Source: an uncultured Candidatus Saccharibacteria bacterium
GTDB taxonomy: Bacteria; Patescibacteriota; Doudnabacteria; UBA920
Length of the DNA: 64,000 bases
Reading direction: 5' to 3'
NCBI GenBank assembly: GCA_964532425.1
Contig: CAZHIA010000001.1
Location: 44,889 to 108,888, forward strand
Under the pieces are notes generated by a model, which was not told the origin of the DNA, did no database searches, and saw only the letters and a program-made list of their open reading frames with translations. Of this stretch, positions 42,092-51,160 are shown piece by piece. The position numbers were made by a program, and so were the translations under genes. The number at the start of each line of letters is the position of its first letter. The first letter of the stretch is position 1.

Positions 42092-42346
42092 ATGACCTGG
42101 GTTTTAAGCCGCCTGTCCCTGCTCTGTTCTATTGTTGCCGCCAGTGTCGCGCGCAGCCTTCGCTACGAGCGTCCAGTGACCGTCTGCCGCCTGTGCCAGC
42201 GCCCCATTTACAAATCGGACCCGTTTGAGCGGCGCTTTGCATACATCTCGGATGCGCAAGATTTTGGCTTGCATCCCGATACCTATGGCAGCTGCCTCGT
42301 GCATGCATGTTGCCAGGGCATTCCTGTCATTGTGCCCGGTGAGTAA
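42092..42346 (+). CDS. Small Cys-rich hypothetical protein
   Basis: GGAGG RBS; CRLC and HACC. Confidence 0.5.
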   Translation: MTWVLSRLSLLCSIVAASVARSLRYERPVTVCRLCQRPIYKSDPFERRFAYISDAQDFGLHPDTYGSCLVHACCQGIPVIVPGE

Positions 42347-42448
42347 CGCGTTTCTGTCCCGCCCTTTTTCTTATTAGGGCGGGACAATTTTCTTTTATGC
42401 CCAATTTTGATATAGTGTAAGAAAGCATTCTTCCCGAAATAAACATTC

Positions 42449-43168
42449 ATGGCACCTGTATACGGATCTGACAGTTCATACCTGTCCCGCAAAGAGCGTG
42501 ATTATTACTTGTGGTGGCTGGCGCTGCTTTTGGTTCCCATTGCCGGCGTGGCCGTTGCGGCGCGGTTCGGCTCACCGCTGGCACTTTTGGTAACGGCGGT
42601 GGCCGGCTTGGGATTTGTCTTTTTCATTTGCGAACCGGCAGTAAAGTGGATGCGCAAAAAGACCGGACAGGTCTACACCGGGCGCTGGGGCGAAATCAAC
42701 ATTAAAGAAGTACTCAAAGCATTGCCGTCCGACTATGCAGTGTTCGAAGGTGTGGTAACGGAAGCGGACAGGGGAGATATTGACTACGTCGTGATCGGCC
42801 CGACTGGGGTTTTTACAGTAGAGGTTAAAGCCCACAAGGGGGAAGTGGGGTATGATGGTTTTGGTATTACGCTGGATGGCCGTCCATTTCCTGACAAGAA
42901 TATCCTGCGCCAAATGCATGGCGAAACCCATGGGTTGAAGATTTTTTTGCAGGAGCGCGTGCATGCGGATTTTTACGTCCGTCCCATCCTCGTGTTTTCG
43001 AATGACCGGGCCCGGGTGTCCATTGGCGGCACTCCAGTCCAGAACGTCCATGTCGTCCATAAGAGCGGGCTGCTTGACCTCATTCAAGCGTTTCCCTATT
43101 GCCGTTTCCCCGTACCCCAACCGGTGGTAGAAAAAGCTCTGCGCCGCACGGTGAGTAGGAATAGCTAA
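42449..43168 (+). CDS. NERD (nuclease-related domain) protein with 2 TM
   Basis: GRWGE, GDIDYVVIGPTGVFTVEVK. Confidence 0.85.
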   Translation: MAPVYGSDSSYLSRKERDYYLWWLALLLVPIAGVAVAARFGSPLALLVTAVAGLGFVFFICEPAVKWMRKKTGQVYTGRWGEINIKEVLKALPSDYAVFEGVVTEADRGDIDYVVIGPTGVFTVEVKAHKGEVGYDGFGITLDGRPFPDKNILRQMHGETHGLKIFLQERVHADFYVRPILVFSNDRARVSIGGTPVQNVHVVHKSGLLDLIQAFPYCRFPVPQPVVEKALRRTVSRNS

Positions 43169-43273
43169 ACATTAAAAACTCTCAAAACCCCAATAAAAAT
43201 GGGGTTTTTTCTATTGACAAAATATTGTAATTATGCTATAATATTAGGTTATTATTTATCTTATCTTTAGCAT

Positions 43274-43894
43274 ATGTTTATATACACCTTGCTCGTCATT
43301 CTTCTGTTTGTGGTCATCGGACTCACTGCCTGGCAGCGGTCTGATTTCCAGTTTCCGGCAGATTCCGTCCGCCGCCGCAAGAAGGTTTCCAAGATTCCCG
43401 AACAGGACGTGTTCCCGCCGCACCTGGCCGGTGCTCTGCATAAAGCGGTTGAGGCAGGCGAGTCGCTGTTATCCAGGACCGAAGCGGAAATATATTCCGT
43501 TGTCCAGCGGGTAGTCGGGGACCTCTATTATGTATTCCCTCGCATGCAGTTGTCGCACTTGTTGGAAACCAAGGCACAGAAGAAACGGCTGACCGGTTGG
43601 CAGCGCTGGAAAATGTCTGGGCACACTGTTGATCTTGTCGTGTGCGAAAAAAATACCTGCAAGGCAGTTGTCGCCATCCAGATCATTAATACCGATCATT
43701 ACCGCCAAAGTGAAATGGAACATGACGCATTTGTGGTCCAGTCGCTCGATAATGCCGGCATCCGCACCGTGCGGCTGGCCTCCCACTGGGCAGGAGACAT
43801 TAACCGCCTCCGCGCAGTCGTCGGCGAAGCGCTCTGCGATCATAAGCTCGACCAGCTGAAATACCGCATAGTATTCCCGGCACTTGTTCAGTAG
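43274..43894 (+). CDS. DUF2726-like protein with N-terminal TM
   Basis: LLSRTEAEIY, HTVDLVVC, D...V..LDNAGIRTVRL; TTGACA/TATAAT promoter upstream. Confidence 0.75.
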   Translation: MFIYTLLVILLFVVIGLTAWQRSDFQFPADSVRRRKKVSKIPEQDVFPPHLAGALHKAVEAGESLLSRTEAEIYSVVQRVVGDLYYVFPRMQLSHLLETKAQKKRLTGWQRWKMSGHTVDLVVCEKNTCKAVVAIQIINTDHYRQSEMEHDAFVVQSLDNAGIRTVRLASHWAGDINRLRAVVGEALCDHKLDQLKYRIVFPALVQ

Positions 43895-44102
43895 CTGTAT
43901 ATTTCTCCACCCCCTCTTTCCTAGAAAGAGAGGGTGGTTTTTATTTGTCCCAGGACAAGGTGTCTGGCACTGTTCTGAAGAGTTCCTGCCACCTTCGGAT
44001 TCCAACAGGCATTCAAGCGCCGGTTCGCGCCTTTTTTCTGTCTGTCAGGAGATCTGGTCATATAGTATAATTAAGAAAAGCTTTCCGCGTCCGTTGCTTC
44101 AT

Positions 44103-44657
44103 ATGAGCAAAATATTAATATTTTTTGTGCTTGTTGCAAGTTTGGGGGCGTTTTCCTGTTCCAGGGAGACACCCGCTGAATCGCACCGCCAAGGAGAGAA
44201 AGGCCGACCTATGCTCGTTATTACCAGCCCGGAATTCGAACAAGAAGGCACCATCCCAGCCAAGTTCACCTGTAAGGGTCAAAACGCCAGCCCGCCCCTG
44301 ACAATCTCAGGTTTTCCGAATGATACCCAGAGCGTGGCATTAATATTAGATGATCCCGATGCACCAAAAGGGACGTTCACCCACTGGGTCGTTTGGAATA
44401 TTATGCCGAGTGTGCAAATTAAATTTCCCGAAGGACAGATGGCCGAGGGGGGAATTAGCGGAGTGAATTCTACGGGCGGCTCCGGGTATGTTGGCCCTTG
44501 TCCGCCGTCCGGCACTCACCGTTATTATTTCCGCGCGTACGCGCTGGACCAAAAACTGAACCTGCCGGAAGATGCCGATCATACCATGCTCGAGCAGGCC
44601 ATGGCAGGGCATGTGTTAAGCACTGGCGAACTGATGGGGAAGTTTTCGGCAGAGTAA
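44103..44657 (+). CDS. YbhB/YbcL family (PEBP) lipoprotein
   Basis: Lipobox-like AFSC; DDPDAP, THWV, GPCPP.GTHRY. Confidence 0.9.
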   Translation: MSKILIFFVLVASLGAFSCSRETPAESHRQGEKGRPMLVITSPEFEQEGTIPAKFTCKGQNASPPLTISGFPNDTQSVALILDDPDAPKGTFTHWVVWNIMPSVQIKFPEGQMAEGGISGVNSTGGSGYVGPCPPSGTHRYYFRAYALDQKLNLPEDADHTMLEQAMAGHVLSTGELMGKFSAE

Positions 44658-44774
44658 CAACATGGAGAGTGATCACTCGTAATTGTTTTCTTGCGAATAG
44701 CATCTGTCTAGGGCAGATTGTGGTTGCCTGTTACTAAAATTCCAAATTTCAAGCATCAAATCACAAATAAACTC

Positions 44775-44974
44775 GAAGCGGTCTCAAAACCAGGACACTC
44801 CCTCTCCGGCGTCATACTGAGGGAGTCAGACGACTGAAGTATCTCTTACCGATCATGAGATTCTTCGTCCTTCGTCGAACTCAGGACTCAGAATGACGCC
44901 ACAAGGAGGTTTTGAGACTACTTCCTAATACCTCGTACCTGCGGTAGATCTCCTGGAGGGAGACAATATTCAAT
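44775..44974 (-). mobile_element. Composite MITE-like element, copy 2
   Basis: Reverse complement of 9810-10009; I count 3 mismatches. Confidence 0.8.
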
Positions 44975-45188
44975 GTACAAATCCTTTTTGGACTATTGAA
45001 TTTGAAATTTGGATATTATTTGTGATTTGAGGCTTGTTACTTCTATAAGCGGGCGGATCCAGCCTTCGCGTAAAGCTCCCTCCTTCGCTTAAGCTACGGA
45101 GGACAAGACGGCGGACTCAGTAAATCTCGTCCCTACACTGCATGGAACGCTTGACTGAAGTTAAAAACAGCCTTAGACTAAAGGAACT

Positions 45189-45296
45189 ATGAATAAACTT
45201 CGCGCATCCAACATGCTGGCATCCAGCAATAAGTTCTATTTTGCGGCCTCTGGCAAGAGGCTGGTTTTTGGGTGCCGAAGGCTGCGCGTTCCATAA
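45189..45296 (+). CDS. Putative leader peptide (35 aa)
   Basis: AAGGAA RBS; MNKLRASNMLASSNKFYFAASGKRLVFGCRRLRVP; terminator directly after. Confidence 0.4.
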   Translation: MNKLRASNMLASSNKFYFAASGKRLVFGCRRLRVP

Positions 45297-45312
45297 TTCC
45301 TTCGACGTCTGT

Positions 45313-45341
45313 AACCGGCCTGTTGTCAGGCCGGTTTTTTT
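45313..45341 (+). terminator. Intrinsic terminator/attenuator
   Basis: aaccggcctg-ttgt-caggccggtt followed by T run. Confidence 0.75.
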
Positions 45342-45464
45342 AGTGGAGGTTTAGGTGAATGTTACCATGTAGGGCCGGTCGCGCCTGCCTGCCGGTAGGC
45401 AGGACCGGCCCCTACACAGTTACCCATGGTACAAAACCACCGGACCTTTCTATAGGAGGACTCT

Positions 45465-46385
45465 ATGAACATCGAACGCGAATGGAATATTCCCGCGATC
45501 AACAACCGCCCCATCAGTATTTACGCACTACTCATGGACGGCGAGACCATGCTGCTCGGCTGCGGCCTTTGGGACCGCAAGACCCAGGAGCATTCAATGG
45601 AAATCAAGAATGCCACGCCGGGCATGGTCCTGCGCGTTGGCATGGATGGAAAAATCATCAGCCAGAGCCCGCAGCTCGACAATATAGTCTATCCGCTCAT
45701 TCGCAGCCCGTGGGGCGGTTTGTTTGCCGGCTGCCGGACCGGGGCAGGATATTTTGTCGACGTGGCCCTGCATGCAATTAAAGCCGGTGATTTCGGGGGA
45801 GGCATTTACGGTATTTCTTCCAGCAGGTCCATGAAGGGGATTCTGCTCGGATGCCGCAACGGCCAACTGGTGGCTATTGATGCGGCAGGAAGGCCGATGG
45901 TAGTCACCACAACCTCGGCGAATCGGCTGTGGAATTTGTGTCCCGATCCTTCCAGTGACCACATTGTCTGGGCGTCTTCGTACGAAGGGGTGTTGCGGAA
46001 GATTGACGCCTATCGCAGCCGCATTACTTATGAGCGGCCATTCGGTCCCGGGGCATTGACGCTCATCTGCCGCCTGCAGGGTGATATGCTGGCAGTCGGC
46101 TCGCTGAAGAAGAAAATCCATTTGCTCACGCGATTCGGGCAGCCACAGAAAGAAATTTCCGTGCTGGGCGGTATTTGTTTTATTGCAGACCTGCCCGAGC
46201 TGGAAAACTTCTATGCAACAGACCACGACGGCCGTATCTACCGGTTCGATTATGAAGGTACATTGCTCGACCGGTTCGACGGCGATGTCTCGCGCAATAA
46301 TCCTATTTGGATTGCCCAATCAAGCGGGCCGGGACGCTTGATTGCCGCCTGGGCCAACGGGATCGTGCGGGAACTTTCGCTGTGA
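45465..46385 (+). CDS. Beta-propeller (WD40-like) protein
   Basis: Repeating LFAGCRTG / ILLGCRNG / WASSYEG / YATDHDG / AAWANG blade motifs. Confidence 0.65.
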   Translation: MNIEREWNIPAINNRPISIYALLMDGETMLLGCGLWDRKTQEHSMEIKNATPGMVLRVGMDGKIISQSPQLDNIVYPLIRSPWGGLFAGCRTGAGYFVDVALHAIKAGDFGGGIYGISSSRSMKGILLGCRNGQLVAIDAAGRPMVVTTTSANRLWNLCPDPSSDHIVWASSYEGVLRKIDAYRSRITYERPFGPGALTLICRLQGDMLAVGSLKKKIHLLTRFGQPQKEISVLGGICFIADLPELENFYATDHDGRIYRFDYEGTLLDRFDGDVSRNNPIWIAQSSGPGRLIAAWANGIVRELSL

Positions 46386-46662
46386 ATGTGTTCGTGATGC
46401 TTTGACGGGTACTTGTCTCTAAGACGGTGCCCGTCATTTTTAATCCATTGGAGAGGATTGTAGTGCAGGGCCACGCTAAGCGTGGCAGGGCCTTGCTCTG
46501 CCCAACATTCAACTATGCGGCAGGCCGAGGGCCTGCGCTACATTATTGGCAATCAGCGGACAAGGAACGGTCGCGACCGTTCCCTACAGGCAGACCCCCG
46601 GGCTTGCGCCACAGCCTTACAATAGACATCAAGGCCAGCACTGTATCTTCGTCTTACACAAC

Positions 46663-47067
46663 ATGAACAAAAGCGTATCGCAGGGAATTAAAGTCGTCAC
46701 TGCACTGGCTGAAGATGTCTATCGAACGCTCGGCAGCGGTTTTTCCGAAGTGGTCTATGACAAAGCCATACAAGTCGGCTTGCGGTTGGCCGGCATCCGC
46801 TACGAAACACAGCGGGTAGTTGAGCTCACCTACAAAGGCCACTTTGTCGGTGAAGGGTACCCGGACTTGGTCGTGCACTTTGGCCGGCAGCGATTGGTAG
46901 TTGAGCTTAAAGCTATAGCAGGCGAGTTGGGTCCGCCGGAAGAACAGCAACTGAAAAATTATTTGCGGTATCTAAAAATCCCTCGCGGCCTCCTCATTAA
47001 CTTCCAATATCCGCCGTACCGGAAAGAAGCGAAGACGAAGCTGGAAGTGAGGGAAGTAAGGCTTTAA
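46663..47067 (+). CDS. GxxExxY protein (PD-(D/E)xK-like)
   Basis: LGSGFSEVVY, PDLVV..VELKA, QLKNYL, GLLINF. Confidence 0.9.
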   Translation: MNKSVSQGIKVVTALAEDVYRTLGSGFSEVVYDKAIQVGLRLAGIRYETQRVVELTYKGHFVGEGYPDLVVHFGRQRLVVELKAIAGELGPPEEQQLKNYLRYLKIPRGLLINFQYPPYRKEAKTKLEVREVRL

Positions 47068-47180
47068 GAATTTCAAACTTAAAATTTCAAATCAAATCCT
47101 AATGTCATAATATCAAATCTGACATTGAGTTATTGGACATTGATTTGGAATTTATCATTTGAAATTTGAAATTCATATTT

Positions 47181-47570
47181 ATGAAGTCTCGTCTTCTCAC
47201 CGCCATCCTTATCATTCAAGGTTTGTACTACGCCGTGTTTGGTGCATTGGCGATCTTTAACTTGCCGATTTTTTTCCGCATCGTGCGCGATGCTGCCGAT
47301 CCGTACAAAAGCCAGGTCAATGCCGTGCTGTTCTTGGCACTGGGGTTGTGGTACCTCTATGGGGCCTGGCGGCCTGATGCCCGCCGCCTGGCCGGCGCCT
47401 TGGCTGCCCTGGTGGCGCTGATGGTCGCTGCAGTGACTATCTTTTATGCGGTACAGCTGCCATGGACCTTCCGGCTCGATGCGGTAGAAGAGATTGCCGT
47501 CGCGGTGTTACTGATACTCAGTTTATATCAGAAAGAAAAGCCGTTGTTACCGGGCGGTAACAACGGCTGA
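47181..47570 (+). CDS. Hypothetical 4-TM membrane protein
   Basis: Four hydrophobic helices. Confidence 0.65.
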   Translation: MKSRLLTAILIIQGLYYAVFGALAIFNLPIFFRIVRDAADPYKSQVNAVLFLALGLWYLYGAWRPDARRLAGALAALVALMVAAVTIFYAVQLPWTFRLDAVEEIAVAVLLILSLYQKEKPLLPGGNNG

Positions 47571-47588
47571 ATGTGCGATCTTTCGTTG

Positions 47589-48344
47589 TTATACTGCTTG
47601 AGACAGTGCTTCCTTGCCCTGGCTGGCAGCATCGTTCATCATCGACAAGCAGTCTTTTATGTCGGCCAAAGGGCCTGCCAACTCGGGTCGGTTCAGGCAA
47701 TCCTTTTCAGCTTGGACAACAGCTTTTTCCAGGTGTGCAATGCTGTTGGATAAATGGTCCCATGCCGTGCGTGCGCGGAAAGTCCCTTCGCTCACCTCTC
47801 CTTTTGGCGGGAGGGGCGTGCTTGGGGGCTGGGGGAGAGGGTGTGATTCGGAAGGGAGTACGGCAGGATGTCTGAGCGGCGGTTTGACCGGGCTTGCCGC
47901 GGCTGCGGCAGGCGGGATTGTCACCAGTGGGGCAGGCAGGCCTGCAGCAGGTGCAATTGGCGGACGAACGGCGGATGAGGTCCCATTGGTGTGAGGTGTT
48001 ACTGGGGTCGTTACGATTCGGTCGTTTATCACGACGAGCTGCTTGAGTACTTCGGACGCCTCAGGCTTGTTTTGCGCGTATCGGATCTTCGATCCCTGCT
48101 GACGCTGTTCCAGTAGTTCCGTCAGTTGGGATTCGACCTTGTCGAGGCGGCTTTCAACGATCAGGATGGCACCGATACTGTCCTGGTTTGGAATATGGCG
48201 GCTCGCAAGAATGCGGCGAACCTCGGCCAGGTCCCAAGCCGTCATGATGTGGCGGTGGTGGTGCTCGGCCAGCAGCGGTCCTGGACGGTCGGCGACCAGG
48301 ATGAGCTTTTTACTGCGTTCGACTTCCAGTTGTTCGGTTCCCAT
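47589..48344 (-). CDS. Hypothetical protein with Pro/Ala-rich linker and coiled coil
   Basis: AAGGAG RBS, 251 aa. Confidence 0.6.
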   Translation of the reverse strand: MGTEQLEVERSKKLILVADRPGPLLAEHHHRHIMTAWDLAEVRRILASRHIPNQDSIGAILIVESRLDKVESQLTELLEQRQQGSKIRYAQNKPEASEVLKQLVVINDRIVTTPVTPHTNGTSSAVRPPIAPAAGLPAPLVTIPPAAAAASPVKPPLRHPAVLPSESHPLPQPPSTPLPPKGEVSEGTFRARTAWDHLSNSIAHLEKAVVQAEKDCLNRPELAGPLADIKDCLSMMNDAASQGKEALSQAV

Positions 48345-48539
48345 GGCTTATCTCCTTATAGAGGTGATGAACCGAGGAGAAGATCCCTTCCTGTCCGCCC
48401 CAAAGGGACGGGTACACGAAAGATCATTTCCGCCTCCTTTGGCTTATCTGTAAGCATCAAACCAGATAATTCGGGACTGGTCAAGCATAAAAAAGCACCC
48501 GGTGAGCTTCGCGGAGAAGCGGCGGGTGCAGGAAGGTCC

Positions 48540-49163
48540 TCATGCCAGTGATGTGTTGATAACATCGAATGAGAACCGTTCCGGAGGCAGTGACGATACC
48601 GGGTCGGGCGCCGTATGAGCCCATCGGTTGAACGCGGAAGCGGCTATTTCCCCATTGAGGTACTGGAGGAAGTCGCTCGTGAAGTAATGGATGGGCGGCA
48701 AATGACGGAACGACAGCCGGGCGCCCACTGCGCTGTGCAACGGTACATTGGTCTGGATCCCTTTGTCGATGAGTAGGTCGACAAAACTTTTGCGGCTGGC
48801 GTGCGGCCAGATGTCTGCACGCAGGAGGCTGCGTAGCGGCGCGCGCATTTCGAAGGTCTCTTCGCATTGGCGGATCCAATCCATGATCCCGTCGCCCCAT
48901 TGCCACAGGCACTTGAATTCCAGGTATCGGTCAACCTGGGCCAGGGCCAGGCCCATGCGTCGGCGCTCCAGCATCACATCCAACTCCGGGTCATCAACGG
49001 GTACAAGCGGTATCAATTCCTCCTGGTCGATGTTCTCTTTTGACATCTCGATGATCTTATCGCTTTTTGCTTTGGCAGACATTCGAACGAGCAACGGCGG
49101 CAATTCGTACGGATGGTCTGCGGGCGGCAGTTCTACATACCGTCTGTCTCCTACGATATCCAT
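48540..49163 (-). CDS. Hypothetical protein
   Basis: 207 aa, GAGGT RBS. Confidence 0.6.
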   Translation of the reverse strand: MDIVGDRRYVELPPADHPYELPPLLVRMSAKAKSDKIIEMSKENIDQEELIPLVPVDDPELDVMLERRRMGLALAQVDRYLEFKCLWQWGDGIMDWIRQCEETFEMRAPLRSLLRADIWPHASRKSFVDLLIDKGIQTNVPLHSAVGARLSFRHLPPIHYFTSDFLQYLNGEIAASAFNRWAHTAPDPVSSLPPERFSFDVINTSLA

Positions 49164-49356
49164 TTCTGTGTACCTCTTTCAAACGGAGTAATACAACAAT
49201 AATAAACACTTTCGTGTGAAATTGGCAAGCCCCGCCCTTTGCCAGCAAAGGGCGGGGCAAGTCCAAGTATACTCTTGATGGCTCTCGTCAGGGAGCCAAG
49301 GGAAGATTTCCTTTCAGAAAATGTGAAGCTTTGGTATGATGAAAGAAAGGAGCTTT

Positions 49357-49818
49357 ATGGCACATAATCACGATTCAGGCTATTTGTTCGGGGAAATGGA
49401 CCCTTCAAGGCGCTTTTCGGCTAGTCCCAATAGCCCGGATGGGCCTTCCCGCCCATCCCGCCGCGAGAGCAGGATAAACGATGAGAATGAGGGCGATGTT
49501 TGGCATATTCGCGTGGATGAGGAGGCTGTTTCCAGACGGCAAAGAGTGAGAGTTAAAACAGAACGCGCAGATGCCGACCCGTTTGACCGGGTATGTGCGG
49601 AAGTGGAAGCGGAAATGAATCGCAAGCTCAAGGCTGCCGAGCGCAATGACATCCAGTTTGCCGTGCTGCAAGCAGAACGGATCGAAAAGAATCACGCTGA
49701 TGCCAAGATGGTGGATTTTTACAAACGGGATACGGAAAAATTTCTTCGGACCATTGCCGGCCATCGTCCAGGGGTCCAAAAGAAGATACGGGAGATTTTG
49801 GAACCGTATCTCAAATAA
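49357..49818 (+). CDS. Hypothetical protein
   Basis: AAGGAG RBS. Confidence 0.55.
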   Translation: MAHNHDSGYLFGEMDPSRRFSASPNSPDGPSRPSRRESRINDENEGDVWHIRVDEEAVSRRQRVRVKTERADADPFDRVCAEVEAEMNRKLKAAERNDIQFAVLQAERIEKNHADAKMVDFYKRDTEKFLRTIAGHRPGVQKKIREILEPYLK

Positions 49819-49830
49819 ATTTGAAATGCT

Positions 49831-49970
49831 GTCATTGCGAGCTTCGGGGCTTTGACCGAAGCGCGGCAATCTTTCCATTTAAAGAGATCCCTCGGATGCA
49901 CTCGGGATGACGCCAAAGGCATCAGATTGCTTCGTAAGCAAGCCCAAGCCCTTGCTTCCTCGCAATGACA
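49831..49970. repeat. RPE-like palindromic element gtcattgcgag...cctcgcaatgac
   Basis: Related copies at 53660-53756, 55540-55626 and 56470-56630. Confidence 0.7.
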
Positions 49971-50021
49971 TACTAAGAAGCCTATTATTAGCATGGCCTG
50001 ATTTGCCGAAACGTCTTTTAT

Positions 50022-50555
50022 ATGAAAGTCAATCATACTGAAATCCAAATCATCCAAGACGACATTACCCGGCTTGCGGTCGACTGCATCGTCAATGCCG
50101 CGAACAAAAAATTGTCAGGCGGGGGAGGGGTGGACGGCGCCATCCACCGCGCGGCGGGGGATGAGCTGACCAAGGCCTGTTTGCGTTTGGGCGGGTGCAA
50201 TACCGGGGAGGCCAAGATTACGCTCGGCTACAATTTGCCGGCCAAGTTCGTTATCCATACGGTTGGGCCGGTCTATGGGGCTATGGACGGCATGGAAGCG
50301 TCCTATTTGGAAGACTGCTATAAAAATTCCCTGGCCTTGGCCGATGTGAAGCATATCAAGACCATTGCTTTTCCTTCTATTTCCACCGGCGCATACGGAT
50401 TTCCCATCGAGGAAGCGGCACCCATCGCACTCGAGAGTGTGCGGGAATATATAGAGGAGCATCCGGACACAGGACTTAAGCAAATTATCTTTGTCTGCTT
50501 TGACAGCACGGATGCGGGGGTATATAGAAGGACGGCGGGAGAAATGGGGATGTAG
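50022..50555 (+). CDS. Macrodomain protein (O-acetyl-ADP-ribose deacetylase, YmdB-like)
   Basis: DIT, IVNAAN..L.GGGGVDGAIHRAAG, HTVGP, FPSISTGAYGFP. Confidence 0.92.
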   Translation: MKVNHTEIQIIQDDITRLAVDCIVNAANKKLSGGGGVDGAIHRAAGDELTKACLRLGGCNTGEAKITLGYNLPAKFVIHTVGPVYGAMDGMEASYLEDCYKNSLALADVKHIKTIAFPSISTGAYGFPIEEAAPIALESVREYIEEHPDTGLKQIIFVCFDSTDAGVYRRTAGEMGM

Positions 50556-50584
50556 AGACAGGTCGTGACCTGTCCGTATAGGGG

Positions 50585-51118
50585 ATGAATATGTTTCAAA
50601 GAAAAGTCCATCGTTTGCAAGAATACGACTATTCCCAGCCAGGGTATTATTTTGTTACCCAGTGCGTACAAGATCGGAGATGTTGTTTGGGAGCGATGGC
50701 AGGAGGGGAGGTAATGTTGAATGAATACGGGAAGATCGTGCAGCGACAATGGCAATGGTTGGCCGAACATTTTCCAAATGTACAATTAGATGAATTTCAG
50801 ATCATGCCCAACCACGTGCATGGGATTGTGATCATAACCCCGGCGGGAAACGGCCAGGGTGGTGTGTTTGTAGGGGACGGTCGCGACCGTCCCGTACAGA
50901 AACCGCTTCCCGATTTAATCGGCGCATTTAAAACTACATCGTCAAAACTAATCCATCGTGCAGGTTTTACCGATTTCTCTTGGCACCGGTCCTTCTACGA
51001 CCACATCATCCGTAAAGACGAATCGTTAGACAAAATCAGGGAATACATTCGTACCAATCCCAAGCAGTGGGAATTGGATGAGGAGAATCCAAAAAAATTT
51101 AATAATGTTATTTCGTAG
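50585..51118 (+). mobile_element. REP-associated tyrosine transposase (RAYT, Y1/HUH)
   Basis: RLQEYDYSQPGYYFVT, MPNHVHGI (HUH), WHRSFYDHIIR, YIRTNP; GTAG REPs at 50552, 50870 and 51115. Confidence 0.9.
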
Positions 51119-51160
51119 GGGCGGGTCGCGACCCGCCCGTACAGAAAAAGACGACAAAAT

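Noticed and set aside
50585-51118. IS200/IS605 insertion sequence
   Set aside because: No tnpB; the flanks are GTAG REPs and the protein motifs fit RAYT.
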